Assembly: GCA_032718475.1 (NCBI GenBank)
Contig: JAUCBJ010005997.1
Location: forward strand, 1-37,372
DNA: 37,372 nucleotides
Reading direction: 5' to 3'
From: Nemertoderma westbladi
Lineage: Eukaryota; Animalia; Xenacoelomorpha
Shown: positions 23,533-32,354 of the stretch, piece by piece
Numbering within the stretch: position 1 is the stretch's first letter
How the letters are laid out: each line of letters opens with the position of its first letter
Notes under the pieces: model-generated
The model's database searches: none
Seen by the model: only the letters and a program-made list of their open reading frames with translations
What the model was told of the DNA's origin: nothing
Translations under genes and position numbers: made by a program

Positions 23533-25545
23533 ATGTCAGTTAATGAATTTAATTGCTTGTGGAAGATGGTAATATGTAGTGCATTACTCTACATTGGCGA
23601 ACTCTCTATAATATGTTACGCCGGGAAGTTTGACGAGGCTGCCCGCAAAGAGGCAGTATATGCTTCGTACCACCAGTACTGTATCATTGGAGCAGGTCCT
23701 TCTGGAATCCAGATGGCCTATTTCCTCCAGAAAGCCAACCGCGATTACATTGTCTACGAACAGAATTCTATTAGTGGTTCTTTCTTTGTCAAATACCCAA
23801 GACATCGAACTCTTATAAGCATCAACAAGAGATTCACAGGACAGACTAATAAAGAGTTTAATTTACGTCATGATTGGAACTCTTTAATTAGTGATGATGA
23901 AAATCTATTATTTACGAAATATTCAAAGAAATTTTTTCCTGATGCAGATGATATGGTCACATATCTTAATGATTTTTCGCAAAGGTTTAACCTCAACATC
24001 CAGTACAACACAACAGTCCAGAACATATCGGCGTACTTCCTCCACAAAGACTTTAATATGAAGTTCGACAGCAATATAAAGTACAGGAAGGAACACCCCG
24101 ACTACTTCTCCAATGACACCAATTTGTCTTATAGGTATATTTTTAGTGACCAAAATGATGTCATATACACATGCGGTTTGTTGCTTGTGGCAACAGGGTG
24201 GTCTCGACCGAATATTCCTACGGAAATGAAAGATGAAGATGATTTACTTATGTCATATGAAAACATGAACTTGGATACTGATATATACGAAGGAAAGACT
24301 GTACTAATACTTGGTAAAGGGAATAGCGCATTCGAGACTGCTGATCATATAATGGGTGTTGCTGGTGTCATTCATATGATCAGCAGCTCTAGAGTTGCAC
24401 TCGCCTGGCAAACTCACTATGTTGGTGACCTTAGAGCAGTAAACAATGGGTTTCTAGATACCTACCAATTGAAATCGTTAAGTGGAATAATGGAGGGAGA
24501 TTTACGTAATACTGTATTTACAAAGTGTTTATATCATAATAGAATCTGTATTGAGAACGAGGTACAAAACAGAACAAATCGTAACCGTTTCTCTGGCTAT
24601 GATACCAGTGCAGTTCGAGACGGCTATGATATTGTTATTCGTTGTCTCGGTTTTACTTTTGATTTTGACATGTTCGAGGAACGAGCCAAACCTAACCCAG
24701 CAGCTACAAGCGGTGGTCTAACTAAATTTCCTGCAATCGATGCGAGATATATATCGATTCCTGGTATGTATATACTAGGTCCATTGGCTCATTCATTGGA
24801 TTACAAGAAATCTGCTGGTGGCTTTATCCATGGCTTCCGTTACACCACACGTGCATTGTCTCGTCTCTTGGAGTTTGAGTTCCACTCTGTAGTCTGGCCT
24901 TCAATCACTTCTAACTTAAATCACCTGGAGAATCATATTGTAAAAAGATTAAATGAAATGAGTGGTCCATATCAGATGTTTGGTGTTCTGGGTGAAGTTA
25001 TACTCATTGATACCATCAACAGTGAGTTTACACACTTCGAAGAGTTTCCTGTAAAGTTAATGGATCAGTTTGAGGAAACCACAGGCCACTTATTGAGGAA
25101 CCGATCTTTAATTGTTGTTACATTGGAATATGGGGCAAATTTCTCCCATCCCGGTGCGGATACTATGGATATGGGAAGAGCCCGAGGGGCCCACGCACAC
25201 ATTGCCGATAATGCAAACTTTTTGCATCCTGTATTTTATTATTACAAAAATCTGCCCACTTCTCTTGATATGGAGACCATTAATGAAAAGGCAATACTAC
25301 CAATCCCAGACGATGTTATGATGCTTGCTGAAGAATTCCTTACCGAATGGAATACACCGAACACTCATATTCTTCAATTGCGGAGATGGTTGGAAAAGAT
25401 TACTAGTTCGAACCGGAGACATTATTCTAGTACATCTTGTTTCGAAATGTCGTTACATTCTATTAAACCTCCATCTGGGTGTAAATCTTACCTAAACGAT
25501 GAAGGATTTTGGTTTGACGTTATGGCCGTAAATTTCGATATGTAG
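23533..25545 (+). CDS. FOXRED2: FOXRED2/ERFAD-like flavoprotein, paralogue B
   Basis: 670-aa ATG-started intact ORF with signal-like N-terminus and the same FAD/NADPH motifs; colinear with paralogue A at an offset of 21970 bp at both ends of the homology. Confidence 0.9.
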   Translation: MSVNEFNCLWKMVICSALLYIGELSIICYAGKFDEAARKEAVYASYHQYCIIGAGPSGIQMAYFLQKANRDYIVYEQNSISGSFFVKYPRHRTLISINKRFTGQTNKEFNLRHDWNSLISDDENLLFTKYSKKFFPDADDMVTYLNDFSQRFNLNIQYNTTVQNISAYFLHKDFNMKFDSNIKYRKEHPDYFSNDTNLSYRYIFSDQNDVIYTCGLLLVATGWSRPNIPTEMKDEDDLLMSYENMNLDTDIYEGKTVLILGKGNSAFETADHIMGVAGVIHMISSSRVALAWQTHYVGDLRAVNNGFLDTYQLKSLSGIMEGDLRNTVFTKCLYHNRICIENEVQNRTNRNRFSGYDTSAVRDGYDIVIRCLGFTFDFDMFEERAKPNPAATSGGLTKFPAIDARYISIPGMYILGPLAHSLDYKKSAGGFIHGFRYTTRALSRLLEFEFHSVVWPSITSNLNHLENHIVKRLNEMSGPYQMFGVLGEVILIDTINSEFTHFEEFPVKLMDQFEETTGHLLRNRSLIVVTLEYGANFSHPGADTMDMGRARGAHAHIADNANFLHPVFYYYKNLPTSLDMETINEKAILPIPDDVMMLAEEFLTEWNTPNTHILQLRRWLEKITSSNRRHYSSTSCFEMSLHSIKPPSGCKSYLNDEGFWFDVMAVNFDM

Positions 25546-26084
25546 ACATGCAATATTTATTTAAGGGTTATGTTTAATGCATTTTTTCTGGTGATGGTAT
25601 GAGATATATGTTACTTTTATTACATTAGCGAACAATGTCAAATATATTTCAAAAGGTCATAGCTTTCTAACACCAGTTAGCTTAAGCAATCATTACTAAA
25701 TGATTTCTAATATACTAGGGATAGTTACTAAAAGTTAGACAGTTATTGGCTTCCGACACACGCTCAGAGACTTTTGTAAACGGCTGTTGTGTAAGCTGTT
25801 CACTGATGACTCATAGTTTTGATTGAGTGAGTGCTGGACGCAGTTGTTCAGAGCATTGATTATCACAGTACTTTTTTCTAGGAAAAAGCAAATCCTATGA
25901 GAGAATTATGGTCGAGTCTTTTTTCAGCCGAGATTTACCTGCGCTATATAAAATCTGGAAACTTCATAAAGAAAAAAAACTATTATGGCAATTATATATA
26001 AGTTCGCATAAAAACTGTCCATTACAGGTGCTGCAGTTTAGTTTTATTTCGGATACAGTGAAACAGCCGATTATAGTCAATATT

Positions 26085-26260
26085 CGAGTAAGTGTCATGA
26101 TTTGTTTCCATTGAATTCACATCTCTCCGGAGGTCGTGGTTTCGACCCCCGGATGGGGGCCAGGGCAGTTTTAGATTCGGCACCAATGCTTTAAAGGGAC
26201 CAGCCAGGGTGCATCCCTGCATTGTGTCCTTAAATAGTAGCTAAATGAGTACTGGAGTTT
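26085..26260 (+). mobile_element. tRNA-derived SINE, family copy 2 (diverged)
   Basis: B-box-like GTTTCGACCCC (26139-26149) followed by a body homologous to 15450-15510, then AAATGAGTACT. Confidence 0.6.
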
Positions 26261-26546
26261 CCTCTGGGGAGAATTGTTCTGGGGGGACCTCACTGGAAAT
26301 AAAGTACAATAACTCTGTGTCATTGCTCGATAGTGTGATAGTCGCACACGTGTCAGCATGAAATCCGTTGTATAATTCAAACATTATTTATATTCTATAA
26401 AATACTACAAAATAATGAATAATAATTGTATTTATATAATTGGACATTAAATCAATTTGTATTGTGCTTACTTATATCACTTTGTGGACGAAGGGGCCTT
26501 ATAACCTTATCGAGGCTCCTTATGGGCGAACATACTCGTCTTCGCC

Positions 26547-27040
26547 TTGTGTCATGAAAAATACTTGGTGGAAGAAATAGTGGACTCATTGGATCAAGTG
26601 GTAACTGACGCACTATCAACCTATCGACCTGAAATAGGCAGCAAAATCGCCGATATCGATTCGACTTTCTGGGGTTCTCCTAGTCTCTCCAACAGCAAGT
26701 GGACGGGTGCTAACCAGACTAGCAGACATGTTACCACGAGGATCAGTTTACATGGATTCCACTATAAAATATGCTGTTCTAGAAATTTCCACCGACCAGA
26801 CTCTCCTTGTGTTTGCTCACTATGCGGTGAGACCGCCACATTGTATCACCTTCTGGACTGTACTTCTAGCTCTAGGTCGCTAAAGGAATGGGCAGTTGAA
26901 TAATTGTAAACTATGACTCATATCCTACATTATTTTAATATTTAAATTATTTATTAATTATTTATTTATTTTATCGTAAAATTTTCCTTTGGTGCCAGAA
27001 TGACAACACCATGGCGTGTTTCAGATAATATATTATTAAT
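26547..27040 (+). pseudogene. 5'-truncated non-LTR retrotransposon 3' end with CCHC zinc knuckle
   Basis: ORF remnant ends with CSLCGETATLYHLLDC (CX2CX7HX3C), typical of LINE ORF2 C-termini, followed by a short AT-rich tail. Confidence 0.55.
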
Positions 27041-29085
27041 TAAGGGAAAGGAGCAGGTTACAGTGGCACGTTAAACAGTAACCTAGAGTTATTGTTATTG
27101 CCAGCGTCATGGAATGGGTGCGGTTTCGCATTGCATTTGCGACACCTCCCGCTGTTTCCGCGAACTATAAATCGATATAGAACTATAAACTCTATATTAC
27201 TTACTACACTATTGGTTATTGTTATTGTATGTAATGTGTGTCAAGTTGCAAATTATAGATGTAATATTGTGCTATTTACATATATACTGTACAGGCTGTC
27301 ATATTATTACAGAATATTAAAGTGACGGCAGGTGGTAAAAAACAGCAGAACAAGAACACCATCACATGTTAATTCAGTAGATTTTCCCCTGGAGACAGAT
27401 GAATTTTGATACCGCTTCGAAAATGTTAAAATAATGTACTAAAATTATTTAGTAATATAATTATTGCCATTTCTGAATAATATATCTACAACTAAATCAA
27501 ATGAAAATAAAATGAATATAATTTTTTTAAAATCAACAATATATATTGTACAGATAATAACACAATATTAAAGTAACGAACAAACAATTAAAAGCAATTA
27601 AAAATCGCACCACCAAGGAATAGCAAGAATGCCACCACCAAATCAATAATTATCTGGTAAGTCAGACCCACGCAGACCAGCTCCGTCCCCGAACCCGAGA
27701 CACCTCCAGGACCGCCGACCCCCACGCAAACACAGGGAGTTGGAGCGGAGGAGCGCGAACTGATAGAGGCGGAAATGAATATAATTACGTTTAACATTAA
27801 AATCCCATGAAATCAAAAAAAAATTTGGCTACAATTATTGTTTTCTTGTACTTTTTACTACTACATGTCTTTGGCACTCCTTGAAAATTCTGCGCTACGT
27901 TATTCTAACGAAAACATTAAACTAAAAGTCTATATTACAGGCAGCCAATAAAACTGTCAATATAGCAGTTTTATTTTTGGGATTAATACGATGTTATTTT
28001 AGTAGATTTTTAGCTAACGGGTGGAATTTTGATAACGTCGAAACTTATATCTGTGCGCGTTGAAAGTCTCCCCCCCCCCCCCCCCCTATATTTTTTTCTT
28101 TCTGGATGTTAAAATATATAAAAAAAAATTGTTAATAGTATTCGCTACTTTTCTGCTTACAGAAAAAGTGGCCGTAAGTAGATTCTATTTTTATAAATAA
28201 TTCATAAAGGAATAACTATTACTAATCAGCCATTAACTAACAAGCCGAATAGATTTCGGTGTTGAGATTGAGAAGAGACGGATAAATCAAGTTCGTTTGT
28301 ATAAGGAATTATGCAAAGTATAACAGACTAGGCTACTGTGAGCCGTGGGGTATAGTGTTTCTCTATACGTATTTAGAAATGGACGATAACAAATTTATTT
28401 CAAAAATATACATTTTCTTACTAAACGAAAAGGTTTCTTCACATTTAAGCAAACCGGAAGAAGGATGCATTGTGAAGCTATACAATATACACATTGGTTC
28501 TATTGTACGCGTTATTTAATCTTACTGTGTGAATACGCAATATGGGCTGAGGAATCAATATTAATTTATTATATAGGTTTAGCTGCAAGTATAGTCTGGG
28601 ATAGAAGTTATTTAGTGTTTACTCATTACTAAGAAGGAACTCCATGTTTTATGTACCGGTATGCTAGTTAGCTAAGTTATTTCATCAGCAGTGTTTAGGT
28701 GCTGATGGACGTGATTTAAATTACACAAATATAAATAACTATTTACTTCAAGGTCTATAATCCTACGATTTATAAGATTTTAATGAGAAATGATTTCAGT
28801 GCGACATTCATTGTTGTAACAGAGACGATAATCTTATTATAAATTACTATATTTTATGACTTTGGGTATATAATTTCATTCGAAAATGTAAATATTAAAT
28901 TATTAACAGAGCCAAACTTTATTTCTTAAACATTAAACGATAAACATTAATTAGTATTACTATAGTAGTATAGTGCTTGATTTGAATCTATGTGCTTGTT
29001 ACCAACAGTGTATCGTTGGTAACAAACAAGCTGAAAAGCTTGTTAAGACGATGTACGCTTGTTACAAATAGTGTACGCAAAAAGT

Positions 29086-29332
29086 CAATTGGGGTGTCGT
29101 TTCAGCCTTCTCATAGGGTTAATGTTAAATTAATATTGAAGAATTAGTGCCTAGAAGAAAAATTGTACTGTAAACTGTGTTCCTAAATTTAGTTTATTGT
29201 TTTGGTTAGAAAAGCCTGCTATTATAACCTGCTACTTTCCTTTAAAAGGTACCTTAAATGATGAATATCGAAATTAAATATTCGTGAAATTAAGTTAATA
29301 TGTTAAAATAGGCAGAAACGACACCCCAATTG
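29086..29332. mobile_element. MITE with 23-bp inverted repeats
   Basis: CAATTGGGGTGTCGTTTCAGCCT / AGGCAGAAACGACACCCCAATTG (22 of 23 match); outer GACGATGTAC / GTGCATCGTC suggests the true ends lie further out. Confidence 0.75.
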
Positions 29333-29672
29333 GTAATATGCTTCCGGTGCATCGTCAACATAAACTTTTACCACCAGTGCTTTAGTCCTACCAGTACTAC
29401 GGTACATTAATTGTACAGTAAATCAATTAGTCATATCCTACCACATCTAAATTTACTTTCAGTTTAGTGTATTGTATTGCATGGTAGCCTCTATTTATAG
29501 TCACGCAGATTAACAGTACAAAATTAACACAATATTTATATAGATTTTGTTCGAAGTTGAAATGTAAACTAAAATAAATTTCAGAGCATATTGTTACGGT
29601 ATATTCTGTTGTCATTTTCTTTATGAATTATTTTCAGTTTTCAATTATTTTTATTACTTTTTATTCTCACGT

Positions 29673-29905
29673 AATTATATAATTCAACCTGTAGCTGTCG
29701 AATCACTGGGCGGTCTTGGTACCTCTACGATAGCATTCCTCCGTGAGCTAGGAGGGCACCGTAGGCTATACAGAAGGTATCTGGCAACAAAAAATCGATT
29801 GAACACCTCCGTCAACGTTTGGGGGTTTGTTTCAGGTCGGTAATGCTGCATGCGTCAAAGAGTCCTTGCTGCATATTCCGAGTCTTTTAGAGAAATTTTA
29901 TTTAA
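29673..29905 (+). pseudogene. Decayed 3' fragment of a CRE-like non-LTR retrotransposon (restriction-like endonuclease C-terminus)
   Basis: Frameshifted peptides IQPVAVESLGGLGTSTIAFLRELG, HLRQRLGV and QVGNAACV match the P.A.E..G..G ... QRLS...QRGNAA motif of CRE-clade elements. Confidence 0.75.
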
Positions 29906-30590
29906 ATATTAAATGCTTCTTTTTTTACGTTTTTCTCTTCTTTGGTGACTCACTTCTTGACGATTTGGAATGTTTCACAGAATAATTTTTGTTCATAGCT
30001 GTGATATCAACATCTGATGAGAGTTAACGGCCAACGACGATAATGTGGAATAATGGGATGCTTATACTAAATAATAATAATATTTATTATATTATGTAAA
30101 TATATTAAACATAATCATTAAACAATTATGCCGAGAATTAAAATTAAATGAATAAAAAAATATTTTTATGTTCATAATCCCAGTAAAATATGTTACCACA
30201 ACCGCAAAACTACCATGTATTGAATTAGTGCATCAACATTGAATGTAATATTATTTATAATGCAGCTCTATATTGCAAACGTATGTATTATACTTGATCA
30301 ATTACAATCTTTGTTAAACATCCACACGAAAGTGTGTTTCGGATGAGTAGAGTTTATTTGTTGCCATGGTATCTTCTGTTTCTGGAATTTTGTTTATTTA
30401 ATTACTGTATTATTGTGCACAGCGATTTGTTCTGAAATAGGCCTACTGCTGTAGGCCTACCGGTACTGTGTTACGCATTGTGTGATTGAGTAGTAGGAGT
30501 ACCCAATACACTGTATGTGCTGATGTACCGTACCACTATATAAAATTATCTGATCCGCCCAAGATCGGAAAAAAAATTACAAATATACAG

Positions 30591-30744
30591 AGAATATCAC
30601 CTGTTCTATGAGTGATATACGATATATCAACCTGAAGCAAATAAACTTGTATTACTACCGAGGCCGAAGGCCGAGGTTGTTATACAAAGTTTATTTTCTG
30701 AAGGTTGACATATCGTATATCACTCCTAGAACATGTGATATTCT
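30591..30744. repeat. 154-bp imperfect palindrome centred on GA-GGCC-GAA-GGCC-GA, probably the end of a non-autonomous DNA element extending to about 31484
   Basis: Arms of about 70 bp pair; adjacent GTTTATCACATGT (30745-57) is inverted at 31472-84. Confidence 0.85.
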
Positions 30745-31028
30745 GTTTATCACATGTGTTCGAACTTATTGAACACGATGAGGGCCATCCTGCATAATAA
30801 GGTAAAACGAATCCCGCTCCACAATTTAGTATTTCCCTCTCAAAATTTTTATTATAGCTAGTACTTTTAGCTTTTTGTATAGAAATCGTTCTAGAATATA
30901 TGCTAGCTATTTATTTTGAAAAACTGAACACTCAGTTACAAATATTTTTTATTTCAGAACATATATTGGAAAATATCTTGATTATATTTTAAACACAAAC
31001 ACGATTAATTATACACCACCTAAGGGAA

Positions 31029-31212
31029 GGCCGCGTTCACACTACCGGGTCAAAGTCAAATGAAAATAAATGTAGCTAGAAATAGTAAATAATAATACAT
31101 TATATAATATAATACAGTACATAAGCAGATAAGGGCTTTCTATAAACAATTAAATTGTGTTTTACAATTTGTCTTTTGACTTTGACTTCAACTCGGTAGT
31201 GTGAACGTGGCC
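31029..31212. mobile_element. PIF/Harbinger-like MITE, 184 bp
   Basis: TIRs GGCCGCGTTCACACTACCGGGTCAAAGTCAAA / TTTGACTTCAACTCGGTAGTGTGAACGTGGCC; TAA at the right flank, GAA at the left. Confidence 0.75.
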
Positions 31213-31533
31213 TAAGAATGTTTGGAATTGCATCTTTTTTTTATTTAAGAACAAGATCGCTACCGGTAATATATAAAAAATGTTCTAGAATTTATATTTA
31301 ATAACCAACATTGTGTAGGGCCTTCATGGCCTGCTAGTATATCATTTTTGTAATTAAAAAACGCAAATTAATTAGTAATACAAGTTTCAAATAATTGTTG
31401 AATATAGCTAACGGTATATCACATGGTGTGAAATACAATATACAGTTATCAACCGCTAAAAATAAGGGAGAACATGTGATAAACTATAATTATTGTCTGT
31501 TCGAGAACGGAATAGAATACAGTACCTGAAGCG

Positions 31534-31588
31534 AATTAATCTGTATAACTACTGAGGCCGTAGGCCGAAGTAGTTATACAGATTAATT
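31534..31588. repeat. 55-bp palindrome with perfect 20-bp arms centred on GA-GGCC-GTA-GGCC-GA
   Basis: AATTAATCTGTATAACTACT / AGTAGTTATACAGATTAATT; homologous to the core of 30591-30744. Confidence 0.9.
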
Positions 31589-32354
31589 TGTGGATAATAA
31601 TTAGTTCGAGCTTTTTGCTGAGGGTGGGTAAGAAATTAGTTACTTTCATGGGCAGAGTTTTGCTGTACAGATTGTCATTGGTACACCTTGGCTTGGGTAC
31701 CCATAGTTTGACCAGTTTTTTCATATGAAAAGGCTTTTATCATGAGGTTTGACAGTGACATAGGGCAGTATGGACATCGCCTTTACCTCTAGCTCTGCAA
31801 TACATTCAGACCTGCAGACTCTGGATACATGGATTACCGCACCTTTAAGGACAGACACAGCATCACACAGTAATAATTAATGGATTTATTTCATAAAACA
31901 ATATGAATGGCACTGGACATCATATAGATCAGTTTTCTTTGCTTCATATGATATATTATTATATAATCGATAATTCTAAAGAACTGATAACTTGTACTAA
32001 TTTACTGCTAAATATGGTCCCAGATAAAAAAAATATTCTGATTATTAGTAGGCATAACTACAGTATATAATTATTATTTTACTCTCAGTATTTGCAGGAT
32101 AAAACATACAGTAACTATGCATAACTAAGCTAAATGATCCAACCTTTGAAAAGTCTACAAATTTATCCACAGTAAAATATACAGTAAAATATTTATATTA
32201 AATATTTCACTGATCTTTTTGTCTCACTGACTGTAAGTCAATTATAAAAATAATTAATTACTTATTTTTCACGCAAAAAGTAAAAGGTGAAATAATGACC
32301 AGATACATATGAAGAATTGTTCAAAACAAAATCAACAATATTGTTTCCGTAACT

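Noticed and set aside
25803-25835. Additional hammerhead at CTGATGA (also at about 30015)
   Set aside because: No GAAA after a stem II and no consistent stem I/III.
27660-27780. GC-rich patch with weak reverse similarity to 16640-16700
   Set aside because: Only short matches (ACC(A/G)GCTCCGTC, CCTCCAG); cannot define an element or exon.
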